This document shows, piece after piece, positions 27,717-38,407 of a DNA stretch of 64,000 nucleotides. Position numbers and translations under genes: made by a program. Below the pieces are notes generated by a model. The model saw only the letters and a list, made by a program, of their open reading frames with translations, searched no databases and was not told where the DNA came from. Source of the stretch: Rickettsiales bacterium (GTDB lineage: Bacteria; Pseudomonadota; Alphaproteobacteria; Rickettsiales; JABIRX01); contig JADHLN010000001.1 of the NCBI GenBank assembly GCA_016780625.1, positions 23,993-87,992 of the forward strand. The letters are read 5' to 3'. Positions within the stretch are counted from its first letter, which is position 1, and each line of letters starts with the position of its first letter.

Positions 27717-29080
27717 TGCATAAAATCAATTTAGATATAGTAAGAGAATATGATATTAGAGGAGTATTTTCTAAACAATTATTTGCAGAAGATGCAGCAA
27801 TAATAGGAAAAGCGCTAGGAAGTAAGGCTTTGATTAATGGTTCTAATGTAATTAATTTAGGTTATGATGGCAGAAAATCATCGCCAATATTAAAAGAAAG
27901 AATGGTCGAGGCTATTCTTAGTACAGGTTGTAATGTTAATGATATTGGTCTTGTTCCTAGTCCTATTTTATATTTTTCAACATATTCATTAAATGTTGAT
28001 TACGGTATTATTATTACAGCATCTCATAATCCAAAGGAATATAATGGCTTTAAAATACTATCTCAAAAAGAAAAATTTTATGGTAAGGATTTATTGTCAT
28101 TTGCAGAATTTGCCAATAAAGGAGAGTTTAAAACAGGTAATGGTAAATTAAGCAAATTAAATATTTTGCCAAAATATTTTGAAAAATTAAAAAATGAATT
28201 AGCAAATATTAATTTGAGTAGCAAAAAAATTGCCTGGGATCCAGCATGTGGAGCTGGTGCGCAAGTGATTTCTGACTTAACTAAAGATATTGAGGGAGAT
28301 CATTATGTTATAAATTCAGATATTGATGGAGATTTTCCAGCTCACGAGCCGGATCCTACAATTGAAGAAAATCTTAAACAGCTTAGAGATATAGTGCAAA
28401 AAAATAATTGCGACTTGGGAATAGCTTTTGATGGAGATGCAGACAGAATAGGGGTCATAGATAGTGAAGGTGAGGTATTGTGGGGTGATCAGTTAGTTAC
28501 CTTATTTGCTAGAGATATTTTAAAAAAATCACCAGGAGCTAAAATTATAGCTGATGTAAAAGCAAGTAAAATATTTAAAGAAAAAATTAGGGAATATAAG
28601 GGTGTGCCAATTATTTGGAAGACTGGGCATTCATTAATTAAAGCTAAAATGCAAGAAGAAAAAGCCTTGCTTGCAGGAGAGATGTCGGGTCATATATTCT
28701 TTAATGATGGAGATAATTTTGGTTATGATGATGGGTTATATGCCGCTATAAGGTTAATAAAAATTATCTGCCAAGAAAATATTTCTGTTGCAGATTTTAG
28801 AAAATCTCTTCCAGTTACCTATGCAAGTAAAGAAGAGAAAATACCATGTGCTGATAAGATAAAGTTTAAAATTATAGAAAAAATCAAAACATTATTAAAA
28901 GAGCAAAATATTGAGTTTTCAGAAATAGATGGGGTTAGGGTTGATAATGAAGCTGGTTGGTGGCTAATAAGAGCATCTAATACATCTCCTAATTTAACTA
29001 CCAGATGTGAAGCAGATAGTAAGAAAAATTTAGATAAATTAAAAGGGGATATAAAAGAGATTGTTAGTAAATTTATTTAA
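27716..29080 (+). CDS. Phosphomannomutase/phosphoglucomutase (alpha-D-phosphohexomutase family)
   Basis: 454 aa. Active-site TASHNP, metal-binding FDGDADR, and the sugar-binding GEMSGH loop. Confidence 0.9.
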   Translation: MHKINLDIVREYDIRGVFSKQLFAEDAAIIGKALGSKALINGSNVINLGYDGRKSSPILKERMVEAILSTGCNVNDIGLVPSPILYFSTYSLNVDYGIIITASHNPKEYNGFKILSQKEKFYGKDLLSFAEFANKGEFKTGNGKLSKLNILPKYFEKLKNELANINLSSKKIAWDPACGAGAQVISDLTKDIEGDHYVINSDIDGDFPAHEPDPTIEENLKQLRDIVQKNNCDLGIAFDGDADRIGVIDSEGEVLWGDQLVTLFARDILKKSPGAKIIADVKASKIFKEKIREYKGVPIIWKTGHSLIKAKMQEEKALLAGEMSGHIFFNDGDNFGYDDGLYAAIRLIKIICQENISVADFRKSLPVTYASKEEKIPCADKIKFKIIEKIKTLLKEQNIEFSEIDGVRVDNEAGWWLIRASNTSPNLTTRCEADSKKNLDKLKGDIKEIVSKFI

Positions 29081-29152
29081 TTAGCATATTTTGCAATAAA
29101 TATAAAATTTACTGATATTGCTACATGTTTTATTTGCTCAAATTAATATTTT

Positions 29153-30361
29153 CTATTTTAGCTTTTCACAGCTTTGTTTTATTCTTTTGAATGCTTCTGT
29201 CAAATCATTTTCTGATGTAGCATATGATATACGAAAATAATCCTCCATACCAAATGCAATTCCGGGAACGACAGCAACTAATGCATCTTCAAGAAGATAG
29301 CTAGCAAAATCATTACTGTTGTTAATTAATTCTCCAGATTCTGTTTTTTTACCAATTAAATCTTTGCAAGAAGCAAAAATGTAAAATGCACCTTCTGGCT
29401 TAATGGAGGATATCCCATCTATATCATCTATCATATCTAAAACCATATCTCTTCTTTTTTGAAAAGCTACGCATCTGTCTTTTACATATTGCTGAGTTCC
29501 ATTTAATGCTTCAACAGCTGCATATTGCGCAATAGATGTTGGGTTAGATGTGCTCTGAGATTGAACTTTGGCCATAGCTTTAATTAATTTTTCAGGTCCT
29601 GCTGCATATCCTATTCTCCAGCCAGTCATAGCATAAGCTTTAGATACACCATTAATTGTTAAAATACGTTCCTTAAGTTTTGGTGCAATTGTTGCAATAG
29701 TATTAAAGGTAAATCCATCATAGCAAATATGCTCATAAATATCATCACTCATCACCATTATATTAGGGTGTTTTTCTATGATAGATACTAATTCTTTTAA
29801 TTCATCTTCTGTGTAGCTTGATCCTGTTGGATTAGATGGTGAGTTTATTATAAGCCATTTAGTTTTTTCTGTTATAGCATCCTCTAACTGAGAAGCTGTT
29901 AGTTTAAACTTATTAGCTTCGCTACAATTTACAATTTTAGGAACACCTCCGCAAAGAAGTGTTATATCTGGATAAGAGACCCAAAATGGTGCTGGTATTA
30001 TAACTTCATCACCTGGATTTAGACTTGCCATTAATGCGTTGTAAATCACTTGTTTTCCGCCTACAGATGCTATAATCTCTGATGTTTTATAATCTAAGTT
30101 ATTTTGTTGCTTAAATTTATTTTTAATCGCCTCCTTAAGTTCAATAATTCCATCAACTGCTGTGTATCCTGTGTAGCCATTGTTAATAGCGTCAATTGCA
30201 GCTTTTTTAACATTATCTGCAGTGTCAAAATCTGGTTCTCCTGCACCTAGCCCTATTACATTTTTTCCACTTGCTTTAAGCTCTTTTGCCTTCATTGTAA
30301 CTGCAATTGTTGGAGAGGGTTTTATTTTATTTAACTTTTCAGCTATTATGTCCATTTTCAC
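29153..30361 (-). CDS. Aspartate/aromatic aminotransferase (class I PLP enzyme)
   Basis: 402 aa. GEPDFDTP-like motif (GAGEPDFDTAD), NPSNPTG, and PLP-Lys in SKAYAMTGWRIGY. Confidence 0.9.
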   Translation of the reverse strand: MKMDIIAEKLNKIKPSPTIAVTMKAKELKASGKNVIGLGAGEPDFDTADNVKKAAIDAINNGYTGYTAVDGIIELKEAIKNKFKQQNNLDYKTSEIIASVGGKQVIYNALMASLNPGDEVIIPAPFWVSYPDITLLCGGVPKIVNCSEANKFKLTASQLEDAITEKTKWLIINSPSNPTGSSYTEDELKELVSIIEKHPNIMVMSDDIYEHICYDGFTFNTIATIAPKLKERILTINGVSKAYAMTGWRIGYAAGPEKLIKAMAKVQSQSTSNPTSIAQYAAVEALNGTQQYVKDRCVAFQKRRDMVLDMIDDIDGISSIKPEGAFYIFASCKDLIGKKTESGELINNSNDFASYLLEDALVAVVPGIAFGMEDYFRISYATSENDLTEAFKRIKQSCEKLK

Positions 30362-30514
30362 TTTCTAAATTTTATTAATTGAATATTTAATATTTATATT
30401 TAGTAATTACAATATTCATTTACATCATTTTTGCAAAATAAAAATGGAAATAATTGCATTTTTGATGTACAATAAAATAATAGAAATATATGTTTTTATT
30501 AATGGAGGTTAACA

Positions 30515-30802
30515 ATGTCAGCAATTAAGAATGATCCCTTATTTTTAGGTTTAACAAGACCGGCTATGTTATTTGGAGTTTCTTTTCCTTTCGCGGCTTT
30601 AAATGGTTTTGTATGTTTAATTTATTTTGTTATTTCAAATGATTTTTTAGGTTTTGTAGCTTTGCCTTTTTTTCATGGTATAGGTTACCTGATATGTTCT
30701 AAAGAGCCTATTGCAATTGAATTATTAATGGTTAAGGGAGCTAACTTTTCTAAATGCCCGAATAAATCATATTTTGGCGCCAATTCATATGATGTGTATT
30801 AA
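30515..30802 (+). CDS. virB3: Type IV secretion system protein VirB3
   Basis: 95 aa. DPLFLGLTRPAMLFGV followed by two TM spans. GGAGG lies upstream of the ATG. Confidence 0.9.
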   Translation: MSAIKNDPLFLGLTRPAMLFGVSFPFAALNGFVCLIYFVISNDFLGFVALPFFHGIGYLICSKEPIAIELLMVKGANFSKCPNKSYFGANSYDVY

Positions 30803-30805
30803 GAT

Positions 30806-33205
30806 ATGTTGATTAAGAAAATCAAAAAAAAAACTACAGAGAAGCAAAAAATCTTAAACCGTGATATATCATCATCACAATTCATACCTTATGTTTGTCA
30901 TTACAACAGAAATACTATTCTATTAACCGAAAACCGTTTAATGAAAATTATAAAAATAAAAGGCTTTTCATTTGAAACAGCTGATGATGAAGATTTAGAA
31001 AATAAAAAAAATCTTAGAAATTCACTCTTTAAAGGAATGGGATCTAACTCCTTTGCAATGCATTTCTATACTGTAAGAAGAATGCAAAGAGCATATCCTG
31101 ACGGTAAAATGCCAAATTTATTTTCTCAATATACAGATGATGAATGGAGATTACGCCATAGTGATAAGCATACATTCATAAATGAGCATTATATTGCAAT
31201 CATTAAGAAAAAAGATGAATCCTCACTGGCCTTACTTGAAAATATCGCCAAATCAATTGAAAAAAAAACCAATAAGTCAGCTTGGAAAAAAGAATTAAAA
31301 GATTCCTACGATGAATTAGAGGAGGTAGCAAGTAGAGTTTTAAATGCATATTCAAGCTATAGCCCAGAGGTTTTAGGTTCTATCAAAACAAGTGATGGTG
31401 TTTTTTCTCAAATACTTGAGTTTTTAGGAATGATGGTAAATTGCGGGTTTAAGCAGCCTATGCAGATACCAAAAAGTAAAATATCAAAAATTCTAGCAAA
31501 TCATCGCTTATATTTTGGCTCAAAATCTATTGAGGCAAAAGGTTGTAAATCTAACAGATTTGCTGGGATTGTTGCTCTAAAAGAGCATAAGCCTTACACT
31601 AGTGCTGGTATGTTAGATGGCTTCTTAAAACTGCCTTTTGAGTTTATTATTGCTCAGAATTTTAGTTTTATTGATAGAGTGTCAGCTATTTCTAGTATGC
31701 AGCTGCAACAAAATCGTTTAGAGCAAGCTGAAGATATAGCTAAATCTCAAATAGCTGAAATTAGTGAAGCTCTAGATATTGCCATGAGCGGAGAAATAGC
31801 TTTTGGAAAACATTCAACAGTGATGTTATGCATATCTGATAATATAAAAACCTTAGAAAATTATCTATCTCAAGCAATGGTAGAATTTTCTAATATAGGT
31901 ATAAATGCTATTAGAGAAAAAATAAATATGGAGCCTTCATATTGGGGAATGCTTCCAGGAAATCAACATTTGCTGGTAAGAAGTTCAACAATTAATACAT
32001 TAAACCTATCCTCCTTTGCATCATTTCATAATTACCCATCTGGAAAAAGAATTGGTAATCATTGGGGTAATGCTGTAACGGTGTTTAATACAACCTCAGG
32101 AACACCATTTTTCTTTAATTTTCATACGAGAGATGTTGGTCATACTACAATTATTGGTCCAACTGGTGCAGGTAAAACAGTTCTTATGAATTTTTTATGT
32201 GTGCAAGCACAAAAATTTAATCCTCGTACTTTCTTTTTCGATAAAGATAGAGGCGCTGAAATATTTATTAAAGCAATTGGAGGTGAGCATTTTTTCTTAG
32301 ATCCGGGTCATGAAACAGGTTTTAATCCTTTGCAGCTACCTGATTCATCTGAAAATAGAAGTTTTCTTGAGGAATGGTTAAAATCCTTAGTTGCAATGGA
32401 AGGTATGCCAGCTTTAACTCCTGAAGATATTGATACAATAAATGAGGCGGTAAATGGTAATTATAAATTACCCCAAAAAGACAGAAGGTTAAGTAACATC
32501 GCTGCTTTTATGGGTATGGGAGGGCCAGGTTCTATAGCTAGTAGATTAGCAATATGGCATGGAGAAGGAAGTCATGCTAAAATATTTGATAACCCAGAAG
32601 ACAGATTAGATTTTAGTGTTGCCTCATCTTTTGGTTTTGAAATGAATGATATTTTAAAAGATAAGGTAAGTATTGGACCAGTTTTATTATATTTATTTCA
32701 TAAAATAAATTTATCCTTAGATGGTAGGCCAACAATGATTATCTTGGATGAGGCCTGGGCATTAATTGATAACCCTGTCTTTGCTCCAAAAATAAAAGAT
32801 TGGTTAAAAGTATTGAGAAAGCTTAATGCCATGGTAGTATTCGCAACTCAATCAGTTGAAGATGCAGCAAATAGTAATATTAGTGATACATTAATTCAGC
32901 AAACAGGAACACAGATATTTCTTCCAAATATTAAAGCAACTTCACTATATAAAGATGTTTTTATGCTATCTGAAAGAGAATATCAAATTATTAAAACAAC
33001 AGATCCTGCGACTAGGTTTTTTCTTGTAAAGCAAGGAAATGATTCTGTAGTATCAAGAATAAATTTAGCTGGCATGGATAGAGTTGTAGATGTTTTATCT
33101 GGAAGAGCAGACACAGTAATATTACTTGATGAGGTTATTGCCGAATACGGAAAAGATCCAGATAATTGGTTAGATAAGTTTTTTGAGAAAGTTGCAGAGC
33201 TTTAA
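30806..33205 (+). CDS. virB4: Type IV secretion system ATPase VirB4
   Basis: 799 aa. Walker A GPTGAGKT, Walker B MIILDEAW, then FATQS. Starts 3 nt after virB3. Confidence 0.95.
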   Translation: MLIKKIKKKTTEKQKILNRDISSSQFIPYVCHYNRNTILLTENRLMKIIKIKGFSFETADDEDLENKKNLRNSLFKGMGSNSFAMHFYTVRRMQRAYPDGKMPNLFSQYTDDEWRLRHSDKHTFINEHYIAIIKKKDESSLALLENIAKSIEKKTNKSAWKKELKDSYDELEEVASRVLNAYSSYSPEVLGSIKTSDGVFSQILEFLGMMVNCGFKQPMQIPKSKISKILANHRLYFGSKSIEAKGCKSNRFAGIVALKEHKPYTSAGMLDGFLKLPFEFIIAQNFSFIDRVSAISSMQLQQNRLEQAEDIAKSQIAEISEALDIAMSGEIAFGKHSTVMLCISDNIKTLENYLSQAMVEFSNIGINAIREKINMEPSYWGMLPGNQHLLVRSSTINTLNLSSFASFHNYPSGKRIGNHWGNAVTVFNTTSGTPFFFNFHTRDVGHTTIIGPTGAGKTVLMNFLCVQAQKFNPRTFFFDKDRGAEIFIKAIGGEHFFLDPGHETGFNPLQLPDSSENRSFLEEWLKSLVAMEGMPALTPEDIDTINEAVNGNYKLPQKDRRLSNIAAFMGMGGPGSIASRLAIWHGEGSHAKIFDNPEDRLDFSVASSFGFEMNDILKDKVSIGPVLLYLFHKINLSLDGRPTMIILDEAWALIDNPVFAPKIKDWLKVLRKLNAMVVFATQSVEDAANSNISDTLIQQTGTQIFLPNIKATSLYKDVFMLSEREYQIIKTTDPATRFFLVKQGNDSVVSRINLAGMDRVVDVLSGRADTVILLDEVIAEYGKDPDNWLDKFFEKVAEL

Positions 33206-35820
33206 TGAATTATGTCAAGATATGCACAATAAACCTAACAATAATTTTATCAGTAATTTCAAATGTTTTTGCTGATAGTAAATGGCAGGGTGTTGCCAAA
33301 GATAAGCATGAAGAAAAATGTTCAGGAATAGAAGAGACTAAGCTGGCCTGTCAAATTTCAGTTGGAGCAGGAGCTGGAGCCGGGGCTCTGGCAGGAGGTC
33401 TGTATGGAGCGGCGGCAGCAGGAACTGGTTTGGCAGCATGTGCAGTTGCTATCAAGATATTTAATGATAAACTTAAGGGACAGGAAGATAAAGCCAAGCT
33501 ATTTAGAAATTACAGCATAATATCTAATCACCAAGATTTAGATAATAATGGTTTAAATGATTTTGCCATAAAGCCTGATGTTCAGGATTGCAAAGCTTTA
33601 TTGGATAAAGTTAATCCAGTAACAGGAGCCAATTTTACTTATAATGAAATATCTCTATTAAAAGGTTGTAAAGTAAGTGTTGTTGACAAGACAGGTGACC
33701 AAGGTGGAATAGGTGGAGGTCAAGATATAGTAATTAAAGGTCATACTTATGAAATTTATAATCCAAGCCTAGATTGTGATAAAAATGCTCCTCAAGGAAA
33801 AGAAGCTAAAACAGCTATTAGTGTGAGTTATAATATGAATAAAGCATCAGAAGATGAGGAGGTGTTACCTAATCAAGCAGAATGTATTTATGAAGGAGAA
33901 TGCAAAGACATAGGTGATGAATTATTATGTGTCTATAAGTTAGATGATATGGTTTGTGCTGAAATGGTATTTTGTAATGATCCAGCAATGGAAAGAATGA
34001 AGATCCTGGGTCTGGATCAATCTTACATATCAGGAAAAGTTGCTGATGGAACCGAAGCCGATGAATATGGTGCTGGTGCAGTAAAATCATGTTCTGAATT
34101 ATGTGAATATGATGAAGGTGAAAGTAGATGGACCTATGTTGATAAAGATGAAGCTAAAAACACTCAAGAATCATGTTTAGCAAAATATTCAAGATGTTCT
34201 ATTGAGTGTCCAAATTTCGCATCATGTTTTGAAAATGGAGAATTGAATCAAGAATGTGAACCCCCAAATATCGATAAAACAATTTGTGGTTTTGAATATG
34301 ATCCAAAATATTTAGCTCACTGTGTACCTAATAAAAGAATAAGCCTTCAATCAGTTTATGAAATTCCATCCGTAATATCACCATATTGTACTGAAGAAGC
34401 ATTTATTAGAGATGATAAATTAAATAAAATTTCAGCATTTAGTGGAAGAGCTGTAAGATGTTTGGATCAAACAATTAGAAATATTATGCATGGTTCAGCG
34501 CTTGTAGTTGATGATGCAAAAAGAACATATGGCTATAAATGTGTTGGGGGATCAGATCAGGTTTTTACAACACCTACAAAATGTGATCATGGATTGATAG
34601 CAAAATTTAGAAATTTTGCTGAAAATATAGTTACTATCTTATTAATTATATCAATGATAATGCTAGGTATTTATATTGCATTTGGGCTTATTAATGATAA
34701 AAAACAAATTTTAAAATATATTGTTTCCTTTGGTATAGTATTATATTTTGTGAATGGTGATGCTTGGAAAGATGGTTACTATAATGCCTTGATGATATCA
34801 GGTGCAGATCTTGCCTTAATAGCTTTTAATGATCTTAATTATGGTATAAGTGTGAAAAGAGAAGATGGAAGTTCTTTTGAAATACCACAAAGCTATTCAT
34901 GTGCTACAACAGGTGATTTAGGACCAGACAATATTAGATATTTTTTGGCAGATGAAAAGAGGTATAAAATTTGGGATCTTCTTGATTGTAGGTGGAAAAC
35001 ATTTTTTGGCGATAGAGGAGGTGAATATAATACTGCATCTCCTAAAATATTAAGGACAGCTTCTGCTGGTTGGCTAGCAATTTTATTTGTATTTTTTATT
35101 TTAATATTAGCTATACCAATAATAATTTTATTATTCATAGCCATTGCGCTTAAGGCGATATTTATGTTTGTGTCAGCAATGGTTACTATTTCGCTCTTAA
35201 TTTTAATATCACCTCTGGTAATACCGCTTGTTTTATTTAATAATGAGAAAATAAAAGGAATATTTAAAGGTTGGTTACAAAATCTTATAGGTTACAGCCT
35301 TGTACCACTTATAATATTTGGCATGTTAGCGATTTTTTTTAAAGGAGTTGATTTGGCAATGTATGGTACTAAAGAACATGATGTTTTCAGTAAGTTAGAT
35401 GATGGTACAGTAATGGTCACCGATAATTGTAATGAAAAATATATACCTTGTCTAAACTACAAAATGGAAGAGGAATATTATGAAGTAAATTTTATAGGAA
35501 ATAAATTAACATGGTTTAGCCCAACTAATGTTTCAAAAATTATGATGGCATTATTACAAATGTTAATAGTATTTGCAGTTATATTTATGGTATTTAATTA
35601 TATATCAAAATCATTAATAGCATCATTATTGCAAGTCCAGCTCCTTGATGATGATGTTGTCTCACAAATGTCAAAATCTATTCAAAAAGGCTTTCAAATA
35701 ACTAAAAATATAGCAATTACTTCATATAAAGCAGGTAAGCATCAAGCGAAAAAAGCTATGGGTAAAAATAGTAATGATTACGGAACAAGAGGTGTAGAAA
35801 GTAAGAATGATGATGATTAG
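33205..35820 (+). CDS. virB6: VirB6/TrbL-family T4SS channel protein, extended paralog 1 of 5 (RvhB6-like; signal-peptide class)
   Basis: 871 aa. The start overlaps the virB4 stop (TAATG). Signal ...ISNVFA|DS. Cys49-(29 aa: QISVGAGAGAGALAGGLYGAAAAGTGLAA)-Cys79. About 400 aa of Cys-rich periplasmic domain. Polytopic core at ~34620-35610 with FVNGDAWKDGYY. C-terminus KNDDD. Confidence 0.85.
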   Translation: MNYVKICTINLTIILSVISNVFADSKWQGVAKDKHEEKCSGIEETKLACQISVGAGAGAGALAGGLYGAAAAGTGLAACAVAIKIFNDKLKGQEDKAKLFRNYSIISNHQDLDNNGLNDFAIKPDVQDCKALLDKVNPVTGANFTYNEISLLKGCKVSVVDKTGDQGGIGGGQDIVIKGHTYEIYNPSLDCDKNAPQGKEAKTAISVSYNMNKASEDEEVLPNQAECIYEGECKDIGDELLCVYKLDDMVCAEMVFCNDPAMERMKILGLDQSYISGKVADGTEADEYGAGAVKSCSELCEYDEGESRWTYVDKDEAKNTQESCLAKYSRCSIECPNFASCFENGELNQECEPPNIDKTICGFEYDPKYLAHCVPNKRISLQSVYEIPSVISPYCTEEAFIRDDKLNKISAFSGRAVRCLDQTIRNIMHGSALVVDDAKRTYGYKCVGGSDQVFTTPTKCDHGLIAKFRNFAENIVTILLIISMIMLGIYIAFGLINDKKQILKYIVSFGIVLYFVNGDAWKDGYYNALMISGADLALIAFNDLNYGISVKREDGSSFEIPQSYSCATTGDLGPDNIRYFLADEKRYKIWDLLDCRWKTFFGDRGGEYNTASPKILRTASAGWLAILFVFFILILAIPIIILLFIAIALKAIFMFVSAMVTISLLILISPLVIPLVLFNNEKIKGIFKGWLQNLIGYSLVPLIIFGMLAIFFKGVDLAMYGTKEHDVFSKLDDGTVMVTDNCNEKYIPCLNYKMEEEYYEVNFIGNKLTWFSPTNVSKIMMALLQMLIVFAVIFMVFNYISKSLIASLLQVQLLDDDVVSQMSKSIQKGFQITKNIAITSYKAGKHQAKKAMGKNSNDYGTRGVESKNDDD

Positions 35821-38407
35821 TAGATTCTACAATAACATTCAAATTTTTCTAAATATTTTAATAGTAATTACATTGCTTTTTTCTCCTAATTATGCTTTCT
35901 CAGAAGAAGAATTATCAGAACAAGATGCTGTTGATCAATTCATGGCAGAAAATAATGTCAAGACAGGCTTAGGTATAGATAATAGATATAGCCAAGGAGC
36001 ATTTGATTCGGATGGATTAAACTGTGGGCTTTTAGTAACTGCTGGCGTAACCGCTACAATTGCTTCATTTAGTGCGTGTATGATCTTATCTGTAGGTGTT
36101 GGTTCTTTAGGATGCGCTTCTTCAGCAGCAGGATTAGGTTTCTTAGCTTTATGGGGATCCTATGAATTAATGCAAAATGATGCAAGCGATTGGAGAAAAA
36201 ATACCAAAATTGTCAACACAATAAATAAAGATATAGGAAAAGAATGTACCGAAGTTAGCGGTAGTCTAAATCATCAAGTTAATTTTACAGTGTCTTTTGA
36301 CAAAATAAATGCTATTAATGTGGATGAGTATTTTTATTGGAAGAAAAGTGGGCAATTGGGAGATTATTGTTACAAAAAAGAATATGATCATACTGATCCA
36401 ACAAATGTAGATGTTTATAATAAAGGTAATGGAAAAATAGGTATAAGTTATAAAGGAGAAAAGCCTTTTTGGGTTGCTCCTTTTGAATGTGTGGAAAAAT
36501 ATGGAAAACATTTCTGTGCTTGGCGAGAAGGTAGTTATATTTGTGCAGAATCAGTATGGTGCACAGGTCTTGTTGCAGGAGATGTAATGCCTATTAGAGG
36601 TTTTATAGGAGATCCAGATGATACAAAGGCAAGAAGACCATGTGGTCAAGATCCTTTCTCTGAATATGATGAAGATGATGAAGATTATCTGCCTATAGAT
36701 GATTTTCAAATTAATAAAAGATGTGAGTGTCATTGTTGTGAAGGTAGTGATCAATTTCAAGAATGTGAACTCTTATCAGGAAATAGATCCTGCATGACTC
36801 TAAACGAAAGATATAGAGCTAATTGTATTAAAATACCTCCAAAAGATGAGAAAATTAATATCACGTCTTTACCAGGGTCTGTATCTGCATATTGTTACTC
36901 TAATGTTCAATCAGGTTATGATGATTTTTCTTTTACGGGAAAAGCTTTAAGATGCTTTGAAAATACTCTAAAAAATATATATTTTGGCTATACAGATGTA
37001 TATGATGATACTGTTAATGATCGTGGAGTAGTTAGTGATGTAGTTATAGAAAAAAAATGTATAGATGATCTTCAAGATGAAGATGGTTCATGTACTAAAT
37101 CAATTTATAATATGATTAGTAGTGATCTTGAAAATTTTGTATCTTTAATATTAACATTATCAATAATTTTCATAGGTATTAGATTTACAATTGGTGCAGG
37201 ACTAAAATGGGGAGAGTTAGTAGTTCAGTTTCTAAAAATAGGATTTGTATTATATTTTGTACAAGGCAATGCTTGGAAGGATGGTTATTATGATTTTTTA
37301 ACTAGATCCTCTTATGAATTAGCATCTGATTTTTATAAAGTAACCTTAGAAAATGATCTTACAGCTAATGAGCTAACAGAAGCTTTAGAGTCTGTAAAAA
37401 AGGAAGAAGGTGAAGGAGAGACTCTAAAGGAGACACCGCCAGAATTAAAAAGATCTTGCAATATAATGGGTTCAGATCTCTTAAGAGATCAAGTTAAAGA
37501 AGAATTAAAAAAATGTAATTTTTTCTCAGGCTATAAAATTGATGGTACTCAATATAAAAGTGATGAAAAACATTATGCTATTCTTGATAGTTTGGATTGT
37601 AAATTTTCAAATTATATAGGTATGAATAAAAATAATGTTTTTCCAGCATTAGTTAAAACTGCCTTTGCAATTTTAGTTAGTAAAGCATCTGGGTTATTCT
37701 TTTTTATAACAGCTATGGTATTTCTATTTGTAGCAATTATTTTTATGTTAAAAATTACATTTATGCTAGTATCAGCAATAGTAATGATAAATTTCTTTAT
37801 TTTACTTTCGCCCATAATGATTCCTATGGTATTATTAGGCTATACTAAAAAGTTCTTTGATAAATGGCTTTCAAGCTTAATAGGTTTTAGTTTGCAGCCA
37901 TTTTTAGTTTTTGCATTAATATCATTGTTAATGATATTAATTGATCACTTTTATAGCTTTATTGCAGCAATTTATGACATTGAAATATCTTATATTCAAA
38001 ATAACAATTTAGGAATATTTATGCCAAAAACGGAAGATATTAGTGAGGCAGATGCTATAATATATCTGCTACAATTTACATTTCTATTGGTTGTTGTAAT
38101 ACATATTTTTGATAAATTTGCTCAAATTTTATCTCATTTAAGTGGAGCTGGAGCGATAAGTAACATTATTAAATCTCCAGATTTTGAAGGAAATGCTAAA
38201 AAAGCAATGAAATTTGCTGCTAAAACAACAAGAAATGCTGCAATCTATGCTACACAAGGTGCAAAATCTCTTAATCAAAGAAGAAAAGCGGTTGACATAG
38301 GTAAAGAAGATGCAGAAATAGGAAATGAAAACTCTAGACTTAAGGCAGGCGAGGATATAGGTGGAGGTAATACTCAAGCTGTTAACCAGAGGCAAGATGA
38401 TGAATAA
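35807..38407 (+). CDS. virB6: VirB6/TrbL-family T4SS channel protein, extended paralog 2 of 5 (signal-peptide class)
   Basis: 866 aa. Start ATGATGATG lies inside the last codons of paralog 1. Signal ...SPNYA|FS. Cys73-(29 aa Gly/Ala/Ser/Val-rich)-Cys103. Clear paralogy to paralog 1: FCAWREGSYICAESVWC vs LCVYKLDDMVCAEMVFC; GKALRCFENTLKNIYFG vs GRAVRCLDQTIRNIMHG; FVQGNAWKDGYY. Core at ~37140-38110. Confidence 0.85.
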   Translation: MMMISRFYNNIQIFLNILIVITLLFSPNYAFSEEELSEQDAVDQFMAENNVKTGLGIDNRYSQGAFDSDGLNCGLLVTAGVTATIASFSACMILSVGVGSLGCASSAAGLGFLALWGSYELMQNDASDWRKNTKIVNTINKDIGKECTEVSGSLNHQVNFTVSFDKINAINVDEYFYWKKSGQLGDYCYKKEYDHTDPTNVDVYNKGNGKIGISYKGEKPFWVAPFECVEKYGKHFCAWREGSYICAESVWCTGLVAGDVMPIRGFIGDPDDTKARRPCGQDPFSEYDEDDEDYLPIDDFQINKRCECHCCEGSDQFQECELLSGNRSCMTLNERYRANCIKIPPKDEKINITSLPGSVSAYCYSNVQSGYDDFSFTGKALRCFENTLKNIYFGYTDVYDDTVNDRGVVSDVVIEKKCIDDLQDEDGSCTKSIYNMISSDLENFVSLILTLSIIFIGIRFTIGAGLKWGELVVQFLKIGFVLYFVQGNAWKDGYYDFLTRSSYELASDFYKVTLENDLTANELTEALESVKKEEGEGETLKETPPELKRSCNIMGSDLLRDQVKEELKKCNFFSGYKIDGTQYKSDEKHYAILDSLDCKFSNYIGMNKNNVFPALVKTAFAILVSKASGLFFFITAMVFLFVAIIFMLKITFMLVSAIVMINFFILLSPIMIPMVLLGYTKKFFDKWLSSLIGFSLQPFLVFALISLLMILIDHFYSFIAAIYDIEISYIQNNNLGIFMPKTEDISEADAIIYLLQFTFLLVVVIHIFDKFAQILSHLSGAGAISNIIKSPDFEGNAKKAMKFAAKTTRNAAIYATQGAKSLNQRRKAVDIGKEDAEIGNENSRLKAGEDIGGGNTQAVNQRQDDE

